A DNA stretch of 64,000 nt from a virus (lineage: Duplodnaviria > Heunggongvirae > Uroviricota > Caudoviricetes), in the IMG/VR virus record IMGVR_UViG_3300036828_000615, positions 1 through 64,000 of that record; one strand, given 5' to 3'. Shown here piece by piece: positions 25,552-35,103 of the stretch; the first letter of the stretch is position 1; each line of letters opens with the position of its first letter. Position numbers and translations under genes: made by a program. The notes below the pieces were generated by a model. It saw only the letters and a program-made list of their open reading frames with translations, was not told where the DNA came from and ran no database searches.

Positions 25552-26082
25552 TTAATCGTCGCGGTCCGTGAGTGGAGGTGGCGACACCAGCGGTTCGTCG
25601 GAGGCGGGCGGGATGCCACCGCTGACCTCGATGTAGCCGGGTTTGAAGACCGGCGGAACCGGCGGCACGCCCTCCGGTGTCGGGCCGCCCGGATACACGC
25701 CTTTCATCATCGCCTCCTCGGAAACGGTGGACATGATCGGAGCCATCGCCTCCTCGGCGCGGACCTTCTTGCGCCACTCGGCGATTGCCATGACCTTCTT
25801 CTGCCTGCCCTGCAGGTACAGCGCGCCGGATGCCACCCACGCGATGACCGCGTTGACCCATTTCTCGGTGGTCACGCTCATGCCGGGGACGGCGATCATG
25901 GTGTTCAGCAGTACCAGCACGCCGCTGACGACGGCAAAGATCAGCGACCAGTTCTCAGCCAGCCAATAGGGTGCCGGTCCTTTGAGCGCGAACCATTTTG
26001 GCAACAGCGGCACGTCGCTGTCGCCCCCGCCACCATCCGGTTCACCCGGTGGGGATTCGTCTACCGGCCCAGTCGTTGACAT
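25552..26082 (-). CDS. holin-like membrane protein (two predicted TM helices)
   Basis: TM segments WSLIFAVVSGVLVLLNTMIAVPG and VNAVIAWVASGALYL. Lies immediately downstream of the lysin. ATG 26082 overlaps the lysin 3' end. Confidence 0.55.
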   Translation of the reverse strand: MSTTGPVDESPPGEPDGGGGDSDVPLLPKWFALKGPAPYWLAENWSLIFAVVSGVLVLLNTMIAVPGMSVTTEKWVNAVIAWVASGALYLQGRQKKVMAIAEWRKKVRAEEAMAPIMSTVSEEAMMKGVYPGGPTPEGVPPVPPVFKPGYIEVSGGIPPASDEPLVSPPPLTDRDD

Positions 26083-28510
26083 GCTGGATCGCGAGCTGGA
26101 CGTAGGTCTGGCCGGGGAACACCTCGCGGAGGTGATATTCAATATGTGGGGCCGTGGGGGGCTGCCAGCAGATGAACTGGATACCGAGCACGCACGCCTG
26201 GATGGCGGCGGCGATGCCTTTGACGGAGATCAGCCGGTCAGTGAGCGGGTTGATCGCGGCCTCGGGAAGCAGCTGCGCCTCCTCGATGTCGATGCCGTGT
26301 CGGTACATGCCGCGCCTCACGTCGTCGTAGGCGTCCCCGTCGAGATTGCCGAGCAGTGCAAGGCAGTTGGCGACGAATGTCTCCTCAAAACCGCCACCAA
26401 GTTCCAGTTCTGTGCAGAGCGTGTACACGTCGCGCATGATTTCCCCGGTCAGGGTGGCGGGCACCCCGGCGTACATGTCGTAGGTGTCGACCAGTTCGCA
26501 CCACTCGTCCCCGAGCAGCGGCAGCCGGAACTGGGCGATCCCTTCACCGTCGGTCGGCGGCCCGCCGTGGAACGTCTTCTCCAGGTGGCGGGACGGGTTC
26601 CCGAACACGTACCCGGCGACATAGTTGGGGCGCAGCAGCGCGAGTCGACCGCCGGGTTCAAACTCCATCCGGACGCGAGACGCCGCCTCGCCACCCTGGC
26701 TGTAGCCGCCGAGGATGACCGGGCGATCGGTGTGGGTCAGGACCCAGTCCACCGCCCAGTCCACACCGATCCTCACCGATTCGGCGTAGCTCACCGGCTT
26801 ACCGAAGCTCCACGGTGCCTGGACTGGGACCTCGTCAGCCACGTCGAGGCAGGCCTGCGCCACGTCGCTGGGGAACCCGACACCCGGTGCCGCCCATGTG
26901 CCGGCGAACGTCAGAATCGCTAATCGCCCAGACCCTCCTCCCCCTCCGGGGTCAGGGGGAAAAGGGGGCACACCACCCGCCAGGACGTTCTTGATGTGCG
27001 CGATGGCGTCGGTGATGCTACGGCCACCCAGCTGCGGCCAGCCGTATCCGTAGCCGTCTTCGCCGACCGGTCCGGCGTTCTGCTCGTAGTCCAGCTTCGC
27101 GTAGTCGAGCGGGGTCTTGGGTGCGGCATACTCAGCGCGCCAGTGCACCGACGACTTGCCCTGCTCCAGCAGATGCAGGATGTCGGACAGCGCGTCCACC
27201 AGGTACAGGTTCTGACCCTGCTCGTTGACACCCAGCTGAGGCCAGCCGGTGCCGTACCCGGTGGCCGGGTCGATGGGTCCGCATTTCTGCTCGTAGTCGA
27301 GTCGGACATAGTCAGGCACCGGTGCCTCCGGGGTGGGGTGGGGCAGGTTGGCGTAGCACGCTGCTTTGGGTGGGATGAGGGTGGCGCACTGGTCGAAGCT
27401 GATCCAGTAGCCGAACGGCTGAAAACCGGAGTCGGCGATCCACACCGCCCGCTGAGCCGGGTTGTCGTCGTAACCGGCGCAGGTGACGTAGTGGTAGATG
27501 GTCCCGCCGCCGTAGCTGGGGGACTGTGACCCTTTGATGCCGACCGGGTAGTTCGCCGGTGGGGCGACCCAGTTCATCACGATCCCGTACCCGGAGTTGA
27601 TGGACCGCAGGATGCCGTCCCACAGCCGGTCCTTCTCGTCTTGGGTGGGTGGGTCGTGGGGGGCGTCGACGCTGGTGTAGTTGGCCTCGGGCAGCCGGGG
27701 GTCCAGGCACCGTTCGATCAGCGCCACATAGTCGGTGCCGCCGGTGTCGGTGCCGCACTCGGCAGCCAGCTGCGATTCGGGGACATAGATACCCCGGATC
27801 GAGAGGCACACCTGAGCCGACGCGGGGCCGCACCAGTAGCCGGTTTCCTGCGGGACGATGTTGTGGTCGTAGTTCAGTACCTTCTCACCCACGAGTGGGA
27901 TGCCTCCTTCGGATGCGGCCTGCTGGTCAAGCAACCCGAGGAGCCGGTCGCCCATCCCCAGGCAGTATTCATATCGCTGCGCCCGGTCCTCCAGGCCGTT
28001 GTAGCCGCCGTTGATGGCGAACGTCGCACCCTCGATATCCCGCGCGTCCGCGTAGTCGTTCATCGGCCGCTGCGTCGTCCAGTACCAGGTCACGCCGTGG
28101 AAGCCGTTGGTGTCGCTGGCCAGCTCCTCGGGCAGGTCCACGAAGAACGTCGGAGTGGGGACCAGTCCCTCGCCGAACGCCCACCCCGAGCACTCGGTGT
28201 AGTTGTACTTGCCGGTGACCATGATCGGCCCGCGTCCGTGGTAGCGCGCGCCGTCGCCGGGGGAGCAGTTGCCGAGGTCGTCGCAGCGGTTTTCCAGGTA
28301 GGCGTAGTTGTCGCCGTCCCAGTCCTGTTCCTCCATGTAGAGCAGGCCCGCCGACTCGTGCCCGGTCTGGGCGCACCACATGGCGATGCGGTCCACAGAG
28401 GTGGCGTCGCATTCGTGCAGGCATTGCGCGGTCGCCGGGGCCAGCTGCGCATAGCGGTCGGGGGTGGTTCCCCACTGCATCGCCTCGCCGAGCAGGTCCG
28501 CGTAGCTCAC
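26042..28510 (-). CDS. multidomain endolysin: GH19 glycosidase, C39-like Cys peptidase, two roughly 45-aa repeats, and a cutinase-like LysB esterase (LysA-LysB fusion)
   Basis: GH19 motifs QTGHESAGLLYMEE and YHGRGPIMVTGKYNY. Peptidase motif ETGYWCGPAS. Repeats LDYEQ..GP...GYG.GWPQLG x2. Linker GGGGGSG. Esterase motif GYSQGG. Confidence 0.85.
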   Translation of the reverse strand: MSYADLLGEAMQWGTTPDRYAQLAPATAQCLHECDATSVDRIAMWCAQTGHESAGLLYMEEQDWDGDNYAYLENRCDDLGNCSPGDGARYHGRGPIMVTGKYNYTECSGWAFGEGLVPTPTFFVDLPEELASDTNGFHGVTWYWTTQRPMNDYADARDIEGATFAINGGYNGLEDRAQRYEYCLGMGDRLLGLLDQQAASEGGIPLVGEKVLNYDHNIVPQETGYWCGPASAQVCLSIRGIYVPESQLAAECGTDTGGTDYVALIERCLDPRLPEANYTSVDAPHDPPTQDEKDRLWDGILRSINSGYGIVMNWVAPPANYPVGIKGSQSPSYGGGTIYHYVTCAGYDDNPAQRAVWIADSGFQPFGYWISFDQCATLIPPKAACYANLPHPTPEAPVPDYVRLDYEQKCGPIDPATGYGTGWPQLGVNEQGQNLYLVDALSDILHLLEQGKSSVHWRAEYAAPKTPLDYAKLDYEQNAGPVGEDGYGYGWPQLGGRSITDAIAHIKNVLAGGVPPFPPDPGGGGGSGRLAILTFAGTWAAPGVGFPSDVAQACLDVADEVPVQAPWSFGKPVSYAESVRIGVDWAVDWVLTHTDRPVILGGYSQGGEAASRVRMEFEPGGRLALLRPNYVAGYVFGNPSRHLEKTFHGGPPTDGEGIAQFRLPLLGDEWCELVDTYDMYAGVPATLTGEIMRDVYTLCTELELGGGFEETFVANCLALLGNLDGDAYDDVRRGMYRHGIDIEEAQLLPEAAINPLTDRLISVKGIAAAIQACVLGIQFICWQPPTAPHIEYHLREVFPGQTYVQLAIQHVNDWAGRRIPTG

Positions 28511-28578
28511 GGCTGCATGGTCGCATACAACGAGGCAGGTCGGCCGATGATTGTTGGCGTGTCTACGAACCGGCCCGC

Positions 28579-29070
28579 TTGTGTTCTGCCACCATGTGGC
28601 CTATGGTCCCAAAGCCTGATCGGCTGGCGTCGCCCGAACCCGAGCCACAAGCTGCCGCGGAAACCATCGACACGCGGCCCCAGGAGGTCGATATCTCCGC
28701 CTACGGCGGGGACACCCTGACGATCCAGATCACCGCGCCGGACACGCTGGTGGCCGGGATGGACTGGAATGCGCAGGTCCGCAAGGACCGCAACCCGACC
28801 ACCCCCGTTGACGCCACCTTCCTGATCACCCCACCCACCGGAGCTGGTGTACCCGCGGCGGTGGTGCTCTCCGCGGTGGATACCGCCCGACTGTCGGGAG
28901 CCGGGGCGATACGGCGGGTTGTCAATCCCACCACCGGCGCCACACAACAGAGTCAGACCTACACCGGGGTTTGGGACTGCCAGATCAGCGATCCCACCAA
29001 CCCGGATCCAGTCATCACCCTGGTGCAGGGCACCATCACACTAGATGCTGACGTCACGCGGTTGCCATGA
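28579..29070 (+). CDS. hypothetical tail-associated protein (start uncertain, 28579 or 28594)
   Basis: First gene of the plus-strand tail-fibre block, divergent from the lysin. Confidence 0.5.
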   Translation: MCSATMWPMVPKPDRLASPEPEPQAAAETIDTRPQEVDISAYGGDTLTIQITAPDTLVAGMDWNAQVRKDRNPTTPVDATFLITPPTGAGVPAAVVLSAVDTARLSGAGAIRRVVNPTTGATQQSQTYTGVWDCQISDPTNPDPVITLVQGTITLDADVTRLP

Positions 29071-29474
29071 CCGAGATCGACGCCGATCAGTTAATCGGCG
29101 AGGTCATTGTCGAGGTTCCCCAGTTCGACATCACCGTCGAAGTGCCCATCCCACAGGTCACCGTCGATATCCCGGCGTACAACGTCGTCATCTCCGGGGG
29201 CGGGCCACCCGGGCCACCCGGACCACCCGGAATGGCCGGACCGCCCGGCACCGGAAATCCTGTTGTCGGAGAAGCACCGTCGGGCGTCAAAAACGGCGTC
29301 AACACCAACTTCGATACCGCGCAGCCCTACCGCACCGGCACCACGGCGGTCTACCGCAACGGCCTGCGCGAGACGCGCGGCGTGGGATACACCGAGACCG
29401 GCGCCAGCCAGATTACGTTCTCGGTAGCACCCCAAGCCGCCGACGACCTGAGCGTTGACTACATCGTCCAGTGA
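29067..29474 (+). CDS. minor tail protein with collagen-like GPPGPPGPPGMAGPPG repeat
   Basis: ATGA overlap. Contains G-P-P triplets. Confidence 0.7.
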   Translation: MTEIDADQLIGEVIVEVPQFDITVEVPIPQVTVDIPAYNVVISGGGPPGPPGPPGMAGPPGTGNPVVGEAPSGVKNGVNTNFDTAQPYRTGTTAVYRNGLRETRGVGYTETGASQITFSVAPQAADDLSVDYIVQ

Positions 29475-29485
29475 AAGGTTGACCC

Positions 29486-31102
29486 ATGACCCAGCAGCAG
29501 ATCGACGGTGGCAAGCAGATACGCTCCGGCACCGTCACCACCACCCAGCTGTCCTCCACCGCCGGGATCACCGACGCGCAGCTCGCCACCTCTTACATCA
29601 AGGCTGACGGCACCCGCGCGTTCACCGGGGAGCAGGCGGGTATCACCCCCACCGCGTCCACGTCGCTGGCCACCAAGGGCTACGTCGACACTGTGGCGCA
29701 GGGCCTGGACACCAAACCGTCCGCGCGGGCCGCCACCGTGACGGAGACGTTGACGATCGCGTCGGGCAGCGTCACGCAGATCGGCGGCACCACCGTCGAT
29801 GGTGTCGCCATCGCCGTCAACGACTACATCCTGATCATGAACGCGCCCGCAGCGACGGGCGCGGCGGGCGGCGCGGGAAACTACACCAGCCAACCGGCGA
29901 ACGGCCTCTACAAGTGCTCGGCCAACACCACCAACCTGACCGTGGCCCGCGCCCCCGAGCAGTCCGGCAGCGAGAACCCGGCCGGGGACTACGTGTTCGT
30001 GGAGAACGGCACGTCGATCACGGCGGGCAGCGGCTACACCGTCGTCGTCCCGTCGTCGGGATCGGGGTTCGTCTACGGCACCAACAACATGCAGTGGACG
30101 ATGTTCTCCGGTGCCGGGGAAGTCACCGTCGACTCGTCGTTGACGAAGACCGGCAATCAGTTGGGCCGCGCCGCCCTGACCGGCGATGTCACCGCCGCTG
30201 CCGGGTCGAACGCCACCACCATCGCCGCCGCCGCCGTGACGCTGGCCAAGATGGCGAACCTGGCCGCCAACAGCGTCATCGGCAACTCCACCGGCTCGGC
30301 GGCCACCCCGACCGCCGTCCCGATGACGGCCTTGTCCACCGCGTCGACGGTCGCTTTCCGCGACGGCAACGGCAACGCCGCGTTCAACAGCCTCATCGAG
30401 ACGGTGCAGAGCATCGCCACCGGCGGTACCACCACCACGCTGACCGTCGCGTCTCCCGGCCTGACCCAGTTCACCGGCACCCAGAACCAGACCCTGGTGC
30501 TGCCCAACGCCACCACCCTGGTCAACGGTCAATCGTTCTGGATCACCAACCGCTCCACCGGCACCATCACCGTCAACATGAACGGCGGCAGCCTGCTCAT
30601 CACGATGGCCGCGTCCTCGCAGCTGCTGGCCACCGTCACCAACAACGGCACCACCGCCGGGACGTGGGACGCCGCGTACAGCATCACCAACGCGGGCGCG
30701 GGCGGCGGCACGGTCACCAGCGTCTCGGTCGCCTCGGCCAACGGGTTCGCGGGTACGGTGGCCACAGCCACCACCACCCCCGCCATCACCGTGCAGACCA
30801 GCATCACCGGCCTGCTGAAAGGCAACGGCACCGCCGTCAGCGCGGCCAGCAACACCGCCGGTGCCGATTACGTGGCCGCCGCGAACTTCATCACCCGCGA
30901 GACCCCGTCCGGCACGGTCAACGGCTCCAACACCGCGTTTACCCTGGCGAACACCCCGGTGCCTGGGAGCGAAACCGTGATGCTCAACGGTCTAGTCCAA
31001 GAACCAGGTGCGGGGAACGACTACACAATTTCGGGGGCTGCCATCACCTACCTGACCGCCCCGTTGGCCACCGATAAATTGAGGGTCAGCTACCTCAAGT
31101 GA
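29486..31102 (+). CDS. tail fibre protein (538 aa, Thr/Gly/Ala-rich)
   Basis: RBS gaaaggttgacccATG. Low-complexity beta-rich fibre-like sequence. Confidence 0.75.
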   Translation: MTQQQIDGGKQIRSGTVTTTQLSSTAGITDAQLATSYIKADGTRAFTGEQAGITPTASTSLATKGYVDTVAQGLDTKPSARAATVTETLTIASGSVTQIGGTTVDGVAIAVNDYILIMNAPAATGAAGGAGNYTSQPANGLYKCSANTTNLTVARAPEQSGSENPAGDYVFVENGTSITAGSGYTVVVPSSGSGFVYGTNNMQWTMFSGAGEVTVDSSLTKTGNQLGRAALTGDVTAAAGSNATTIAAAAVTLAKMANLAANSVIGNSTGSAATPTAVPMTALSTASTVAFRDGNGNAAFNSLIETVQSIATGGTTTTLTVASPGLTQFTGTQNQTLVLPNATTLVNGQSFWITNRSTGTITVNMNGGSLLITMAASSQLLATVTNNGTTAGTWDAAYSITNAGAGGGTVTSVSVASANGFAGTVATATTTPAITVQTSITGLLKGNGTAVSAASNTAGADYVAAANFITRETPSGTVNGSNTAFTLANTPVPGSETVMLNGLVQEPGAGNDYTISGAAITYLTAPLATDKLRVSYLK

Positions 31103-31292
31103 TGACATTGACTTACCCCAGGTTTCAGCGGCAGAGTGACAGCGCACCTCTCACACCAGCCGTGATCAACCCTGCGCTCTGTCAGGTCATGGTAGAAACG
31201 CTGCCCCGTGGGAGGCAGTGGAGCTTCCGTGAGAAACCCCAATGTCCTTGTACGAGTCATCTGATAACTATATCTAAACGGGGCGTTGACTG

Positions 31293-31775
31293 ATGGCTGT
31301 CACCAGGGTTGCCGACCGGCAGGTCGTCGAAAGCATCGACCTGACCTCTGAGGTCGCCAACGTGCTGCCGATGGCCAACGGCGGCACCGGGGTCTCCGCT
31401 GCGGGCACCGCAGGCTTCGTGCTGACCTCCACCGGAACCGCCTGGGCCAGTAAGGCCGATGCGCCGAACGTCACGTCGACCGCGTCCTCGGCCACCCCGT
31501 CACTGACCGCGTGCGGCAACGATCAGTTGAACATCACCGCGCTGGCGGTCAACCTCACCGGCATCACCGTGACCGGCCCGGCGGTGGGATACAAGCTGAT
31601 CGTGCGGGTGAAGGACAACGGCACGTCGAGAACCTTCGCACCCGGCTCGTCGTTCCAGAGCTCCGATAACGCCGCAATGATCAGCGCCACCACGGTCGGC
31701 AAGACACACATCATGGGCTTCATCTACGACGAGGTGGCCGCCAAGTACGTCTGCGTCGCGGTCAACAGTTACTGA
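31293..31775 (+). CDS. minor tail / fibre protein (160 aa)
   Basis: Motif LPMANGGTGVSAAGTAG, typical of fibre N-termini. Confidence 0.6.
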   Translation: MAVTRVADRQVVESIDLTSEVANVLPMANGGTGVSAAGTAGFVLTSTGTAWASKADAPNVTSTASSATPSLTACGNDQLNITALAVNLTGITVTGPAVGYKLIVRVKDNGTSRTFAPGSSFQSSDNAAMISATTVGKTHIMGFIYDEVAAKYVCVAVNSY

Positions 31776-33442
31776 TGGCCACCGCTCAGTCGCGCGGCAC
31801 CAGTGTTGTCTCCACCAGCGGCACAACATGGGCCACCACCGCTAACGCCTGGGACGGCGCGGTAGGCACGAACCCAGCCACCTACGCCACCTTCACTAAT
31901 GCGGCCTCTGGTGGCGTCGGCACCATCGTTATCGGCGGGTACACGTTTGCCGGCCCCGTGATGGGCGCGACGATCAGCAGCGTCAGCGCCGCGATACGAA
32001 GTTTGGTCGCTACTACTTCGCGTTGGACTTCAGTTACGGTGCAATTACAGGATTCTACCGGCACCGCCATCGGCTCGGCGGCGACCGCGACACTGAGTAC
32101 GTCGGCGCACACGGACACATTGACGGTGGGCACACCGACCGACCTGCAGGTGTTCAATGGTCTGCGGGTGCTGGTGACAGCCACCCACAGCGGAACGGTA
32201 AGCTCCGTCTTCTCGCTCGACCAAGTCGACCTCACCGTCACCTACACGGCACCGCCGAAGGTGTCCACCTTCAGCGACAACTTCGCCACCCAGGACACCA
32301 CGAAATGGACGGGGTGGGGCGCCAACGCTTCGGTAGTAAATCAGCAATTGTCGCTGGTCGCTGCCCCCTCTAGTCCGGGGCAGATAACCAGTAACGCGGT
32401 TTACGATCTGACCGAGTCGTCTATTTACATCCGGGCTCTTCAGTTCGCCCAGTGTGCTACCAGCAACTACGTGCCGTTCCGGCTCGCTTCCCCCAACAAT
32501 GGTTACGGCGACTATATGGAGTGGGGCTACATTCCCAGCCCCACTAATGGCAACGCGATCGCAATTTCTGTGTACGTCAACGGAACCCAGGTCTATGTCA
32601 GCGCCTTCTACACCTACGACCCCGTCACCTTCGCGTGGCTGCGTTTTCGTCACACCGGGGGCGTGGTCTATTTCGATGCCAGCCCGGACTGTCTGACCTG
32701 GACGAACTGCGGCAGTTGGACCGTCAGCGGCACCACCGGCATGACCAATATGTATGTCGCGCTGCTCGGCGGACAGACCACCGGAACCATTACTGTTCCC
32801 AACACCATCTGGGACAACCTCAACACCCCGCCGGGTCCGAAGATCTCCACCTTCACCGACAACTTCGCGACCCAGGACGTCTCCAAGTGGGCGGGGTGGG
32901 GCTCCAACGCCTCCGTGTCCGGTGGGCAACTGGTGCTGCTCACGGCCGCTTCCGGGAGCGGCATCGTCACGTCCGTTGCCGTATATGACCTCACCGAGTC
33001 GGCGGTTTATGTCCAGGTTGTCCAGTTCGGGCAGGCTGCCACCACCCTGTACGCCCCTTTCCGGCTCACCAGTACCAATGGCCTGAATTATGTGGAGTGG
33101 GCTCGAAACGACAGTGGTGGCGCCCTGTACATGTCCGCCAGCGTGTTCATCAACAACAGCAACATCGTGTCGAACTTCTACGCGTACAACTCCACCAGTT
33201 TCGCGTGGCTGCGTATTCGACACACCGCGAACGTGATCTATTTCGATGCCAGCCCAGACGGTGTCACCTGGACGAACTACATGACCTGGACGAACACCAT
33301 CTTGGATATCACCCAGCTGGAGCTGGAGGTGTTCGGCGGCGCCAGCAGCGGCACTATCACCGTGAACAACACCATCTGGGACAACCTCAACGTCCCGCCC
33401 GCCCCGGCGGCGTCGCCGAGCGGATTCTTCGCACTGTTCTAA
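31775..33442 (+). CDS. tail protein with two tandem roughly 180-aa lectin-like domains
   Basis: Internal duplication: STFSDNFATQDTTKWTGWGANASV... versus STFTDNFATQDVSKWAGWGSNASV... Confidence 0.7.
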   Translation: MATAQSRGTSVVSTSGTTWATTANAWDGAVGTNPATYATFTNAASGGVGTIVIGGYTFAGPVMGATISSVSAAIRSLVATTSRWTSVTVQLQDSTGTAIGSAATATLSTSAHTDTLTVGTPTDLQVFNGLRVLVTATHSGTVSSVFSLDQVDLTVTYTAPPKVSTFSDNFATQDTTKWTGWGANASVVNQQLSLVAAPSSPGQITSNAVYDLTESSIYIRALQFAQCATSNYVPFRLASPNNGYGDYMEWGYIPSPTNGNAIAISVYVNGTQVYVSAFYTYDPVTFAWLRFRHTGGVVYFDASPDCLTWTNCGSWTVSGTTGMTNMYVALLGGQTTGTITVPNTIWDNLNTPPGPKISTFTDNFATQDVSKWAGWGSNASVSGGQLVLLTAASGSGIVTSVAVYDLTESAVYVQVVQFGQAATTLYAPFRLTSTNGLNYVEWARNDSGGALYMSASVFINNSNIVSNFYAYNSTSFAWLRIRHTANVIYFDASPDGVTWTNYMTWTNTILDITQLELEVFGGASSGTITVNNTIWDNLNVPPAPAASPSGFFALF

Positions 33443-33452
33443 GGAGGCAACG

Positions 33453-34016
33453 ATGCACCAGAGTGTGATGCAGTTCGTCTTCCGCACCCTGACCGCGCAG
33501 AACGTGGCGGCCACCAGGGTGCTGGAGGTGGGCAGCTACAACGTCAACGGGACCGTGCGCGAGTACGTCACCTCACTGGGACCCGAGGTCTACCTGGGGG
33601 TGGACGCGGCCGAGGGACCCGACGTGGACCAGGTGGTCAACTGCGAGCAACTGGTGAGGACCGTCGGCAAGGACTGGGATGTGGTGGTGTCCACCGAGAT
33701 GCTGGAGCACGTGCAGGACTGGTGGACCTGCCTGTCTCAGCTGGTGTACGCGGTCGCCCCGGGCGGGCTGCTGCTGGTCACCACCCGCGGCCCCGGCTTC
33801 CCGTATCACCCGTACCCCACCGACAACTGGCGCTTCACCGTCGAGCTGCTCGCCGATGCGCTGGACCGGATGATGCTGACGCGGGTGGTGTGTGAGTCCG
33901 ACCCCGAGGCGCCGGGCGTGTTCCTGCTGGCGCGTAAACCCCGCGACTGGTGCCTGACGCCGCGGCAGCTGGCAATGAACCTTGAGGGCCTGCACGCGCA
34001 GGCTATGACCGGATGA
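33453..34016 (+). CDS. class I SAM-dependent methyltransferase
   Basis: RBS taaggaggcaacgATG. Motifs VLEVGSYNVNG and VVVSTEMLEHV. Confidence 0.7.
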   Translation: MHQSVMQFVFRTLTAQNVAATRVLEVGSYNVNGTVREYVTSLGPEVYLGVDAAEGPDVDQVVNCEQLVRTVGKDWDVVVSTEMLEHVQDWWTCLSQLVYAVAPGGLLLVTTRGPGFPYHPYPTDNWRFTVELLADALDRMMLTRVVCESDPEAPGVFLLARKPRDWCLTPRQLAMNLEGLHAQAMTG

Positions 34017-34705
34017 AGCTGCGCCTGGTCTGCGCCACCCGCGGCTCCAAAGCCGCGTTCATGGCCGGGACGCATCTGGGCCGGTGCCTGCGTAACTTCC
34101 TGTGGCGCCAGGACTTCGAGGTCCAACTGTTCGCCGACAACACTCGCGGCCTACCCGTCGTCTACAACAAGGCCCTCGATGACGCCAGAGACGATCCGGC
34201 CACCCTGGTGTTCCTGCACGACGACGTGTACCTGGCCGACTACTTCTGGCCCGAGCGCCTCGCCGACGCGCTCATCAAGTTCGATGTCGTCGGGCTCGCC
34301 GGGCACACCCAGCGCGCGCTGGGCCAGACCACCTGGTTCGTCCCCGACGACGGACCGGCCGGTCTGCTGTCGGGCATCGTGGCACACGGGGAGGACCTGG
34401 GTGCGCAGATCAGCCTGTACGGCGCCGCGGGCAAGGAGTGCAAGCTAATGGACGGCCTGTTCCTGGCCGCCGAGTCGGCGACCCTGATCGAGCACGGCAT
34501 CCGGTTCGAGGAGGAGCTGGACTTCCACTTCTACGACCTGGACTTCTGCCGCCAGGTGGAGAAGGCCGGCCTGTCGATGGGCACCTGGTCCATCTCCGTC
34601 ATCCACCGCAGCGGCGGCCTGACCGAACCGGACGGCCGGTGGAACCGCAACCGCCAGATCTACCAGCGCAAATGGGGAGAGCCCGATGTCCTGCAAAGCT
34701 GGTGA
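34013..34705 (+). CDS. GT-A-type glycosyltransferase
   Basis: ATGA overlap. DxD-like FLHDDVYLAD. Confidence 0.55.
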   Translation: MKLRLVCATRGSKAAFMAGTHLGRCLRNFLWRQDFEVQLFADNTRGLPVVYNKALDDARDDPATLVFLHDDVYLADYFWPERLADALIKFDVVGLAGHTQRALGQTTWFVPDDGPAGLLSGIVAHGEDLGAQISLYGAAGKECKLMDGLFLAAESATLIEHGIRFEEELDFHFYDLDFCRQVEKAGLSMGTWSISVIHRSGGLTEPDGRWNRNRQIYQRKWGEPDVLQSW

Positions 34706-34706
34706 C

Positions 34707-35099
34707 TCACGTCGCCACGGCGGTAGCCGGGGGCTGCCCGGATAGGGGACGGCCCGCCGCGATGAGCGTCGACACCGGGACGGGCGGCGGCCCGCCGGCC
34801 GTCGGCGCCGAGCCGCCACCGCCCATGAGCTGGGTCAGCACCTGTTGCTGCATCTGGGGCTGCATGGCGCTGGCGAGCAGGGTTGCCAGCGCCGTCGCCA
34901 TCCTGGCCAGGATCTGCTTCTGTTCGGCAACCTCACGCTCCAGCGCCTCGATGCGCTCGGCGTGACCGGGTGTATGAGCCTTGCCGTTGGCATTCACCGC
35001 GTCCCTGGCCGCCTGTCGGCGTGTGGCCCGGTTGGGGGGCTCGCTGGGGATCTCGCCCATCTCGTTAATGTCGTCGAGCTCGTTAATGTCGTCGTCCAT
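34707..35099 (-). CDS. hypothetical protein (130 aa, acidic N-terminus)
   Basis: RBS caaaggagatgaacacATG. Confidence 0.55.
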   Translation of the reverse strand: MDDDINELDDINEMGEIPSEPPNRATRRQAARDAVNANGKAHTPGHAERIEALEREVAEQKQILARMATALATLLASAMQPQMQQQVLTQLMGGGGSAPTAGGPPPVPVSTLIAAGRPLSGQPPATAVAT

Positions 35100-35103
35100 G
35101 TGT

